Shown piece by piece: positions 40,801-47,776 of a stretch of 49,194 nt of DNA. This DNA is from an uncultured Ruminococcus sp. (lineage in GTDB: Bacteria; Bacillota; Clostridia; Oscillospirales; CAG-272): NCBI GenBank assembly GCA_964630635.1, contig CAZVVM010000001.1, positions 1,053-50,246 of the forward strand, read 5' to 3'. The notes under the pieces were generated by a model. That model did no database searches and was not told where the DNA came from. It was given only the letters and a program-made list of their open reading frames with translations. Positions within the stretch are counted from its first letter, which is position 1. Each line of letters opens with the position of its first letter. A program made the translations under genes and the position numbers.

Positions 40801-42197
40801 GCGTAGATATAACGTGTGTCGTACACGAAAAGGCAACGGTCAGATACTATTCCGATGAAGCATTGGAAAACGAAATAATTACCCCCGATTCTTACGCGTT
40901 CACTTCCGACGAGGTTAATGTCTATATTGAAGTGACCGCAGAGAACGGAAGTAAAGCAACTCACGTGCTTACTCTTACCCGTGCCGCAAGGGACGCGGAG
41001 GTTCCGAGTGTCATATTTGAAGCAACGGGTGAAAGCATTTACGTCGGTGCCTTCGGTGCGGAAATCGGTCTTACGGCTTCGGTTAGCGACGGCGGTACGC
41101 TTTCGGTAGTTTGGTATTATTCCCTTAACGGCGAAGAAGCTATACCGTTTGCAAACGGCTTTACCTGCACGCCCCGCTTCGTCAAACCCGGAAATTATAA
41201 GGTTTATGCGGTAGTTTCGAACACAAATACAATGTGTCTGAACACCGTATCTACCGCAAAAACGACGGAGGCGGACTATACGGCTCTGCGTAACGCCACG
41301 CAGATTCAAGCCGTGATCAGTGACTTTGTGTATAACGGAAGCCCCGCAAGCGCGACGTATGCGCTGTATAACGGCGACGGAAACGTCACCTACAGGTACT
41401 ATTCAGATGAAGACTGCTTGGACGAGATCTCTCCACCTGTAAATGCGGGAGTGTACTACGTTAAAGCATTCGCATCTGAGACCGATACCTACGACAGCGC
41501 AGAAAGCGATGCAAAGCAGTTCACCATAAAGCGTGTGAACAACACGAATGTGCTCGATTATACCGTCGTTCAGCCGTCGCTCCGCGAACGGTTCGGAACA
41601 CTTACTGTTACGTCGAGCGGCGTTGAATATTCGCTCAACGGCTCCGATGATTATATCGCACTTGAAAGCGGCAGAAGCTACACCTTTAACGAGGGTGATA
41701 CCGTTAAGATACGATATGCCGAAACGCTCAACGTGAAAGCTTCTGATCCTATTGCGATTACAATATTGCCTTTCGCGGGAACCGACGGCTTCTATCCCGT
41801 AAGCGGCTTTGACGCGAAGGAAGTTGGCGATCATTTCATCATAAATGCCGACGGTCTTACCGCCGACGGACTTCTTTCTCTGCTGACCAAGAGCGATAAT
41901 ATCGAGATACGCGATAAGAACGGCGAGCTGATGAACGGAAAGAGCGACCTCATTTATTCGGGTTGCGAGATTTCTATTATTGACTCGATAGGAGTCTACA
42001 AGACCTTGACGATAATTATTCTCGGTGACGCTGACAGGGACGGCAAGGTTACCTATGACGACGTTGCGAAGATAATGAAGCTTTCCAACGGTATGGAAGC
42101 ATCAAATGATCCTTTTGACGTTATAGTTTGCGATCTTGACGGAGACGGTGTGATAACCTCACTCGATGCGGCAAAGGCGTATAACAAAACAAAATAA
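37899..42197 (+). CDS. secreted multidomain M23-family metallopeptidase with SH3b-like, InlB B-repeat, Ig-like/FN3/cadherin-like modules and a C-terminal dockerin
   Basis: 1432 aa. An N-terminal signal/anchor spans aa 12-33. The M23 core spans about aa 45-166 (H67..D74, YAH130L, GNTGNSTGVH160LH162). Further modules are listed under the finding at this locus. Two EF-hand-like dockerin loops lie at the C-terminus. Confidence 0.85.
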   Translation: MSTRGNEKSVFSRLVSVILVFSMLICSLPLYINSVSSDEEYDLPWLWPVPGSYVITGLDYYYSGNPHGKGQAVDIGNNGYSDSTRLDVISATSGEVLYIQNSYDETTNRGSGWGNYVIVKSGNVCIIYAHLQKVTCKYGKINAGDVIGKMGNTGNSTGVHLHIQAYPYDQNSTSTDIHIFDKYIHNPLYVPHFRFRSGVIDHSVRYGEHLSAYYTSVSGTEYVFSGGYLGDYGEMVLGATVKSVRTNGARIYSQPITSSTQEETVAFGKEITVYGYYTDAYGKLWYLVSKDSLDKWIPESDVGFSSYTFGAQYEDKSSPNGTYGTFFDIYFSGTVSVSNVIKSVKAEIRNDSGVVATYETDVNANKFEINNVFSEGFGIDGLVDGEYTYEIFVTERAYFPGADAASKTYSVYTSEFVIDKSASDDIPPLVEEIKILSMTSSAITLTVNATDNKMIQRLSFIFKNDNGFEASFDAVPNENVFAAEIPLTSLDGAGNYTVTAKAFDPYMNTDESATVITVPSSSGSEIWKVQVSSSLTVRKGPSTSYGKVTSLSNNARITVKEVVYNSSDKRYWAYIGSGWVALNYAVYQSGYLYNVTFNLLGGTADYTVLNKAFNQDATIPETKPTREGYTFLGWSSDPTVTAPEYQPGDIYSKNESTVLYAIWEDKVAPSITGVTLSDKGYVSDSVTLNVNATDNSGTVYYSFDGGISYRRASTVLITENQTIPAKTITVKDPSGNVTTYDIETVISNIDSVPPSFDDTTLDVSVSGENVTFTFGEATDAMSGIDKYTLVYSVNSDYSGSVSEEAKSGHTVTLGDGVYYAKLVVTDKVGNKTEAEFDRFLIGDPVKLSTPENFILKSSSSEMVVFEWKAVNNADYYILTLSESADFSNSFNEETTDNSICLDSLENGKIYYAKLTATTYDGLYITSDPTDSIRFETVSSDNSLYSFVNIDAVIDGGSSFAKLPYSASSVDITCVVHEKATVRYYSDEALENEIITPDSYAFTSDEVNVYIEVTAENGSKATHVLTLTRAARDAEVPSVIFEATGESIYVGAFGAEIGLTASVSDGGTLSVVWYYSLNGEEAIPFANGFTCTPRFVKPGNYKVYAVVSNTNTMCLNTVSTAKTTEADYTALRNATQIQAVISDFVYNGSPASATYALYNGDGNVTYRYYSDEDCLDEISPPVNAGVYYVKAFASETDTYDSAESDAKQFTIKRVNNTNVLDYTVVQPSLRERFGTLTVTSSGVEYSLNGSDDYIALESGRSYTFNEGDTVKIRYAETLNVKASDPIAITILPFAGTDGFYPVSGFDAKEVGDHFIINADGLTADGLLSLLTKSDNIEIRDKNGELMNGKSDLIYSGCEISIIDSIGVYKTLTIIILGDADRDGKVTYDDVAKIMKLSNGMEASNDPFDVIVCDLDGDGVITSLDAAKAYNKTK
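38031..38396 (+). other. M23 (LytM/lysostaphin-type) peptidase domain within the large protein
   Basis: The motifs read directly are PHGKGQAVDIG (H at 38097, D at 38118), IIYAHL and GNTGNSTGVHLHIQ (H at 38376 and 38382). Confidence 0.75.
42024..42185 (+). other. type-I dockerin-like module (duplicated Ca-binding loop-helix)
   Basis: GDADRDGKVTYDDVAKIMK, then a spacer of about 17 aa, then CDLDGDGVITSLDAAKAYN: two DxDxDGxxxxxD segments at the extreme C-terminus. Confidence 0.75.
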
Positions 42198-42200
42198 AAG

Positions 42201-42236
42201 AATGGGTAAGAGTTATTTCTCTCTTACCCATTTTCT
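42201..42236 (+). terminator. Rho-independent terminator of the large gene, embedded in the 3' end of the convergent gene
   Basis: AATGGGTAAGAG-8 nt loop-CTCTTACCCATT (12-bp perfect stem) followed by a TTTCTT run. The right arm and loop lie inside the last codons (KWVREK*) of the minus-strand ORF ending at 42213. Confidence 0.7.
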
Positions 42237-42743
42237 TATGTATTTGAACGTTTCTTTTTCGCCCTTTTCGGCAAGCATAATAAGCAGCTCTTCAAGGTTA
42301 TCGGATGTCCTCTCGTGAATAAACCTGTTTGCTTTTCCGCGCAGGAAATACTCAAGAGGGAAATCGTCGGTATAATTTTTGCCTTGATATATCTTTGATG
42401 CCGCGACACGGTCGCAGAACATCTCAACAAGATACTTCTTCGGCATTTCGACAGGCATTACCTTGCGCGCTATCGGATTGTAATCGTTCCAATACTCGAA
42501 ATGATGCTTGTTTCGTCCCTTGTGATGAAGCCAGGCAGGCGAATATCCGAGAAGCTCTCGTTCACCCTCATTTGGGCTCCGCGTACCCTTATAGTGCTTT
42601 GCTCCCGCCCAGAATTCGGACGGAGAATATTTGGAGAGATCGTGGAAAAGTCCCTGAAAACCGATTCCCGCCCTGAAGCAGTTTGCTATCACCCTGTGGC
42701 GGTGCTTTGTTATCGTTCTGAAATGTTTTATCGGATGTATCAC
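42213..42743 (-). CDS. small cytoplasmic His/Asp-motif protein (DUF5662-like by recollection; function unknown)
   Basis: 176 aa with the conserved-looking motifs GLFHDLSKYSPSEF and AWLHHKGRNKHHFEYW. The start overlaps the stop of the upstream LtaS-like gene by 4 nt. Confidence 0.55.
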   Translation of the reverse strand: MIHPIKHFRTITKHRHRVIANCFRAGIGFQGLFHDLSKYSPSEFWAGAKHYKGTRSPNEGERELLGYSPAWLHHKGRNKHHFEYWNDYNPIARKVMPVEMPKKYLVEMFCDRVAASKIYQGKNYTDDFPLEYFLRGKANRFIHERTSDNLEELLIMLAEKGEKETFKYIRKWVREK

Positions 42744-44821
42744 GGCGTCACCGGTTGGAAGAATTCCTTGACAGTGTGTTTTCTGTCGATGATCAGATTA
42801 TACTGTATCTGTGAAAGTGTATTCAACATTGGCAGTTTATTTATTCCCGCGGCAGAGTTAAGCACGCCTGACGCGTCGGTATACGAAAATGCATTTATCG
42901 TAGGATATTCAGCAATAAGATCCTTTTGCCACATCTGGAACGGCGTGAGGGGAATGCCTGCCAGATCCATTACGATACCGCCGAGATAGTTAAGGGAAAC
43001 GTCTGACGGTGCTTCTGCCTCGGCGTTAAGATCGTAATTCGACCAGATAATGTACGGTGTCTTATATCTGTCGGTGCGTCCTTTCAAAGTTCCTTGATCG
43101 GTAATCGAGCTGTTTTCATAGATCGGCATAGTAACGATATCGGACGGCTGATGATCGCCAAACATTACAATAACCGTCGGTTCGTCGACGCTTGAGAAAT
43201 AATTTATTAGCTCCTCGTACGCTTTATCCGTTTCGTAGATCAGAGAAAGATAATTGTCCAAAATGTCTGTTGCGTAAAATTCCTGCTCGTACTGAGTTTT
43301 GATTTCGGGAACAAACTTACCATTAAGATCGTTTGTGTAACCGCCGTGATTTTGCATCGTAACTCCGAAAAGGAAGAACGGCTCGTCATCAGTATTGTTT
43401 TCGTAAAGATCGATAATTCGGTTATACATAGATCTGTCGCTCAGGAAGCAGCGTATTAGGTCGTCGTCATCGATCGGCTTCATGTCTTCAAGAAAATATT
43501 TTTCGTCGAATTCGAGCATATCGTAAACTTCGTCGCGTTTCCAACCGCTGCGGTAGAAATTGTGCATTCCGATAGTTCGGTATCCGAGACTGTTGAGCTG
43601 AGAAACAACGGAATATGTGTGACCTTCAATATACTGCTGGAACGGGATCGTTTCAGCAGGGAAGAAGGCCATTGAGCCGCCTGTGAGAAATTCATATTCG
43701 GAATTAGGAGTGTTACCGCCTTTTATTGAAACGAGCGCGTGTCCGTGCTTTACGCGGTCTTCCTCGATAAGCGAATGAATGAAGGGCATATAATCCTTAT
43801 TTGTCGGTATGTCATCGAGAATTGAAAGATCGGAGAATGCCTCGTTCATGATTACGATTATGTTAGGGCTTACGTTATCCGCCTTCTTTTCATAGTCCTC
43901 TTTTGCAGCGTTTTGATATTGATCATACAGCTCACGTATGTTGTCCGGCTTATAACCCTTAGGCGGGTCAATGTCGAGCAGTCCCAGCGTGTAAATAAAC
44001 GTGACGGGAGTTCCGTTATAATTGTAAAGATATTTTGCGTCAAACATTGACGGATAGAATCCGTGTTTGAGCGCGTTCTCCTCCGAGCTGAAAACGTTGT
44101 TGATATATGACACGTATCCAAACAGCATCATAAAGGAAGCCACTGCGGGAAAGATTCCTATCCATAGCTTCTTGAACTTAAAGCGCATATTTAGCTGAAT
44201 AGCAAAAACGATGATGGCAATGAGCGAGAATATGCAGAATTTGAAGTCCGGCGAAAAACTCATCTCATAATTGCCAACTACTGACATCGCGGTCTTTGCG
44301 GACAGTACGTCCCAAGGATAAATCGGCATATCTCTTGCCTGAACCGAGAGATTGTTGGCAATACCGAGAATTGACGGGATCAATGCAGTAACGATAATTG
44401 CAACGTCTGTTCTCGTTGTTACAGCAAGAACGAAAAACGCAAGGATGTAATAAAAGATGACGTTGAAGAGCGTGATCTTCATCGTGCCGGGCAGTCCCCA
44501 GAAATAATTTCTCGTAAGCGCTTCTACTATCATAAAGATGAATGGCGGGGCAATAAAGAAGAAGCCGAAGCTCAACAGCTTCTTCATCCATTTGCAACCA
44601 AGCAGCTTTACTGTCGGTACTGCGAAAAGAAGCACTACGAATCCGGTCATAACCAAAACCGTCCTCGGGTCGTAGCTTTCCGTGCATATGAGTACAATGT
44701 AGGAAATAAAGAGTATTACTGCGGGAAGAAACTTAAGTGAATTTAAGATAAATCTCTTTCTTCCGTCTGCTTCTTTCAGTTGCTCCTTGATTTTGTTAAA
44801 GAAGTCTTTGATTTTGCTCAT
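42740..44821 (-). CDS. LTA-synthase-family (sulfatase-fold) membrane phosphotransferase
   Basis: 693 aa. The N-terminal third has multiple TM helices. The extracellular sulfatase domain carries NIIVIMNEAFSD (metal-binding Glu), GGNTPNSEYEF (candidate Thr nucleophile) and VMFGDHQPS (Asp-His metal ligands), in the same order as in LtaS. Confidence 0.8.
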   Translation of the reverse strand: MSKIKDFFNKIKEQLKEADGRKRFILNSLKFLPAVILFISYIVLICTESYDPRTVLVMTGFVVLLFAVPTVKLLGCKWMKKLLSFGFFFIAPPFIFMIVEALTRNYFWGLPGTMKITLFNVIFYYILAFFVLAVTTRTDVAIIVTALIPSILGIANNLSVQARDMPIYPWDVLSAKTAMSVVGNYEMSFSPDFKFCIFSLIAIIVFAIQLNMRFKFKKLWIGIFPAVASFMMLFGYVSYINNVFSSEENALKHGFYPSMFDAKYLYNYNGTPVTFIYTLGLLDIDPPKGYKPDNIRELYDQYQNAAKEDYEKKADNVSPNIIVIMNEAFSDLSILDDIPTNKDYMPFIHSLIEEDRVKHGHALVSIKGGNTPNSEYEFLTGGSMAFFPAETIPFQQYIEGHTYSVVSQLNSLGYRTIGMHNFYRSGWKRDEVYDMLEFDEKYFLEDMKPIDDDDLIRCFLSDRSMYNRIIDLYENNTDDEPFFLFGVTMQNHGGYTNDLNGKFVPEIKTQYEQEFYATDILDNYLSLIYETDKAYEELINYFSSVDEPTVIVMFGDHQPSDIVTMPIYENSSITDQGTLKGRTDRYKTPYIIWSNYDLNAEAEAPSDVSLNYLGGIVMDLAGIPLTPFQMWQKDLIAEYPTINAFSYTDASGVLNSAAGINKLPMLNTLSQIQYNLIIDRKHTVKEFFQPVTP

Positions 44822-44855
44822 TGGAATTGCCTCGTTTAAAAAATTAAAATTGATG

Positions 44856-44884
44856 ATGACAAAAGCGAAATAATCTGTTATAAT
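44856..44884 (+). promoter_or_regulatory. possible sigma-A promoter with extended -10 for the Dabb gene
   Basis: ATGACA (44856-44861), 17 nt spacer, TGtTATAAT (-10 at 44879-44884). Confidence 0.45.
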
Positions 44885-44904
44885 AAAGAAAAGGCGGTGA
44901 AAAA

Positions 44905-45207
44905 ATGGTTAAACACGTAATTTTATGGAAGCTCGATGAAAAGCTTTCGGAATCTGAAAAGGAACAGGTTAAGACAGACGCAAAGCTTGAGCTCGAAGCG
45001 CTTGTCGGAAAGATCCCCGGGCTTCTGTCAATGAAGATCGAGATCGGCAGACTTGAAAGCTCAAACGCCGATATGATGCTCGACAGCACGCTCGAAGACG
45101 AAGATGCGCTCAAGGTATATAAGGAACACCCCGAGCACGTTCGTGTTGCGAACGGCTTTGTACGTCCTTATACGGTACAGCGTCTTTGCCTCGATTTTAA
45201 CACCTGA
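44905..45207 (+). CDS. Dabb (stress-responsive alpha/beta-barrel) domain protein
   Basis: 100 aa. VKHVILWKL at the N-terminus and Y.EHPEHV..A near the C-terminus are the typical Dabb pattern. Confidence 0.75.
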   Translation: MVKHVILWKLDEKLSESEKEQVKTDAKLELEALVGKIPGLLSMKIEIGRLESSNADMMLDSTLEDEDALKVYKEHPEHVRVANGFVRPYTVQRLCLDFNT

Positions 45208-46522
45208 ATTTGTTCACAATATAATGGGTCAAGGCCTCTTTCGTGTTCTCAAGCTCGCCGTTCAGTACGGCGTCGAAAAGGAGCGAAAGGGCTTTTCCTA
45301 TTTCTTTGCCTTTATAACCGAGCGCGATCATATCGTTGCCGTTGAGCGCGAGATCGGAGAGGGAAAGGCAGGGAGTATTCGACAGGATATCGTTTGCAAT
45401 TTTGCGCAGAGACTCGTTATGCTCCGTGCGTAAAGAGGCGTCAAGCTTTTGCGACGCGTTATCTGCACGTTGAAGATCAAGCAGATCGAAATATAATTCT
45501 TTGCCGAGCTTGCTTAATTTTCTGCCGACAGCCGTTTCCGTTTCGTCAATTACACCGTCGTGATGCCTTATAAGCGTCACGATTCTTTTTATTTCGACAT
45601 TTGAAAGGCGAAGGTCTTTTAAAATACTCTCTGCCATTTCGGCACCGTGATGGGCGTGACCGTAATAATGACTGATTCCGTTTTCGTCCTTAAATTCGGT
45701 CGTCGGCTTTGCTATATCGTGAAGCAAGCCCGCCAAACGGAGTATCGGGTCAGCACGGAGATTGGCGACGGTTTTTATAATATGCGTATAAAGATCAAAA
45801 TCGTGATGCGGATTATTCTGACAGTAATCGAATGTCTTCGAAATGTCGGGAATGATGAGCGCGATAACGTCACGGTAGCGGTGCATTACGCGGCTCATTC
45901 CGTTACCGCATATAAGCTTTTTCATTTCGTCGCGGATGCGTTCCTTTGAAACCAACGACAGATTATCCTTGAGGGTAAATATTGCATCAGAGGTTTCATT
46001 TTCGATCTCAAATTCAAGCGTAGATGAGAAGCGGAGTGCGCGCAGGATACGTAAAGCGTCCTCGGAAAAGCGCTTCATCGGATCGCCGACGCAGCGAATC
46101 GTTCTTGATTTAATGTCGCAGATTCCGCCGAACGGGTCGATATAACCGTCAATCGGTGAATAGGCAATAGCGTTGACGGTAAAATCACGTCGGCTCAAAT
46201 CCTTGACTACGTCGCGCGTAAAATCAACGCAGTCGGGATGCCGTCCGTCGGAATAACTTCCGTCTGTACGGAATGTGGTGATCTCTATTGATGATGAACC
46301 GAGCAAGACCGTTACGGTTCCGTGCTTTAATCCCGTTTCAATAACTCTGTAATCGGAAAAAACGTCCTCAACCTCGTTCGGCAGAGCATCGGTGCAAACG
46401 TCGTAATCGTTTATAGTTCTGCCCATAAGATGGTCACGAACAGCTCCGCCGACGACGTAAGCGTTGTAGCCGTGTCGGTTCAGCAGGGAAAGGCAGGTGT
46501 TGATTTCGGTCGGTAATTGCAT
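45197..46522 (-). CDS. cca: CCA-adding tRNA nucleotidyltransferase with C-terminal HD domain
   Basis: The class-II nucleotidyltransferase head reads AYVVGGAVRDHLMGRTINDYDV, followed by RDFTVNA, and then an HD region (HDIAKP, HHGAEMA). The start is set at the ATG at 46522 (MQLPTEI...), which matches the usual N-terminal length and removes the 32-nt overlap produced by the track's TTG at 46558. Confidence 0.85.
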   Translation of the reverse strand: MQLPTEINTCLSLLNRHGYNAYVVGGAVRDHLMGRTINDYDVCTDALPNEVEDVFSDYRVIETGLKHGTVTVLLGSSSIEITTFRTDGSYSDGRHPDCVDFTRDVVKDLSRRDFTVNAIAYSPIDGYIDPFGGICDIKSRTIRCVGDPMKRFSEDALRILRALRFSSTLEFEIENETSDAIFTLKDNLSLVSKERIRDEMKKLICGNGMSRVMHRYRDVIALIIPDISKTFDYCQNNPHHDFDLYTHIIKTVANLRADPILRLAGLLHDIAKPTTEFKDENGISHYYGHAHHGAEMAESILKDLRLSNVEIKRIVTLIRHHDGVIDETETAVGRKLSKLGKELYFDLLDLQRADNASQKLDASLRTEHNESLRKIANDILSNTPCLSLSDLALNGNDMIALGYKGKEIGKALSLLFDAVLNGELENTKEALTHYIVNKFRC

Positions 46523-46526
46523 CGGA

Positions 46527-46925
46527 TTATTCACAGTGCCCATCACATTTGACGTCAAACATACCCGTCAGAGTGACGGTTAGAACCCCGTCAATTTCCT
46601 TGAAACCGACGGCTCTTGCAAGACGCGCCTCGCTTTCGTTTGCTGGCGAAGGGTAATATGCGGTTACGACACCGCAGAGATCGAGAAAATTGAGGACCGC
46701 GCGTCCGAGAATGAACATTCCCTCAAAATCCTCGTCCGTTCCGATAACCTGACGCATTGCGTCAATTACCGCGCCGTTTTCGCGTATATCGAATTGGGCG
46801 CAGGCAAGAAGCTCACCGTCATTGTGCGCCTTGTATGCAAACAGCTCGGGCTTGAATTCGACACCGCAAAGCGACGTAATTTCCTTTTGTTCGTTTTTAT
46901 CTTCAATCGGCTTTATTATAAGCAT
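46527..46925 (-). CDS. hypothetical protein (distant GNAT-like fold possible), Cys/His-containing C-terminal tail
   Basis: This 132-aa ORF sits 4 nt upstream of cca on the same strand. I recognise no clear motif. It lacks the Q/RxxGxG/A acetyl-CoA loop and ends ...KCDGHCE. Confidence 0.45.
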   Translation of the reverse strand: MLIIKPIEDKNEQKEITSLCGVEFKPELFAYKAHNDGELLACAQFDIRENGAVIDAMRQVIGTDEDFEGMFILGRAVLNFLDLCGVVTAYYPSPANESEARLARAVGFKEIDGVLTVTLTGMFDVKCDGHCE

Positions 46926-47055
46926 TATATGACCTCAATTTTACAATATAATATTATTCTAACAAATTTTTCGTAATAAGTCAACATAGAACATAAAAGT
47001 TAAAATTTAATCGCTAAAATTTTATCGAAAAAACAGTTTTTTTCAAGAAAAACTA

Positions 47056-47084
47056 TTGATTATTTCTTTTGGGTATGTTATACT
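47056..47084 (+). promoter_or_regulatory. possible sigma-A promoter with extended -10 for the NuoE/NuoF-like operon
   Basis: TTGATT (47056-47061), 17 nt spacer, TGtTATACT (-10 at 47079-47084). It leaves a leader of about 100 nt before the GTG at 47189. Confidence 0.45.
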
Positions 47085-47188
47085 TATGTAGATATGAAGA
47101 TATGCTGAATAAATATGGCTGTTTTCATATAAACATTATTAATAATTATGCCGGAAGCACATTAAAAAACGATGGAGGTTCAGTTAAC

Positions 47189-47683
47189 GTGCAAAAGAAA
47201 ATCAGTAATCATCCGTTTAACGGAACGCCCGAGCAGGCAGCAAAGCTTGAAGCTGTAATCAACGCTAACAAGCACGATAAGAGTCTGCTTATGGCTGTAA
47301 TGCAGGAAGCACAGGGAATCTACGGCTACCTGCCTTATGAAGTGCAGAAGATGATCGCCGACGGAATGGATATTCCGATCGAAAAGGTATTCGGTGTATC
47401 GACCTTCTACGCACAGTTCTCGCTTACCCCCAAGGGTGAGTATAACATCTCGATATGTCTCGGTACGGCTTGCTACGTAAAGGGCGCGGGCATCATCTTT
47501 GATAAGTTCGCAGAAAAGCTCGGTATCGGAGCAGATGAGTGTACTGCCGACGGAAAATTCAGTCTCACGGCTTGCCGTTGCATCGGCGCGTGCGGACTTG
47601 CACCGGTTCTTACCGTCAACGAAGAAGTCTACGGCCGTCTTACGGGTGCAGACGTTGACACTATCCTTGCAAAGTATCAGTAA
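47189..47683 (+). CDS. NuoE-like [2Fe-2S] thioredoxin-fold subunit (HydC/HndA type) of a flavin-based hydrogenase or dehydrogenase
   Basis: 164 aa counted from the GTG at 47189 (GGAGG 10 nt upstream), with LMAVMQEAQGIYGYLP and the cluster cysteines CLGTAC...CRCIGACGLAP. The track's 40-aa N-terminal extension from 47069 looks non-coding (AT-rich, Cys/Tyr/Asn-rich). Confidence 0.85.
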   Translation: MQKKISNHPFNGTPEQAAKLEAVINANKHDKSLLMAVMQEAQGIYGYLPYEVQKMIADGMDIPIEKVFGVSTFYAQFSLTPKGEYNISICLGTACYVKGAGIIFDKFAEKLGIGADECTADGKFSLTACRCIGACGLAPVLTVNEEVYGRLTGADVDTILAKYQ

Positions 47684-47776
47684 TATTATTTAAGAACCGC
47701 GCTGATTTTGGTCTACTCCGGCAAGACTGATAAATGCTTCTGCGGTACACAACTAATTTAGGAGGAAAAAGCACTG

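Noticed and set aside
37899-42197. The large M23 protein as a prophage endolysin or tail lysin, or as a diversity-generating retroelement target.
   Set aside because: There are no phage structural, integrase or holin genes nearby. There is no reverse transcriptase or template repeat nearby. The flanks are the his operon and envelope genes.
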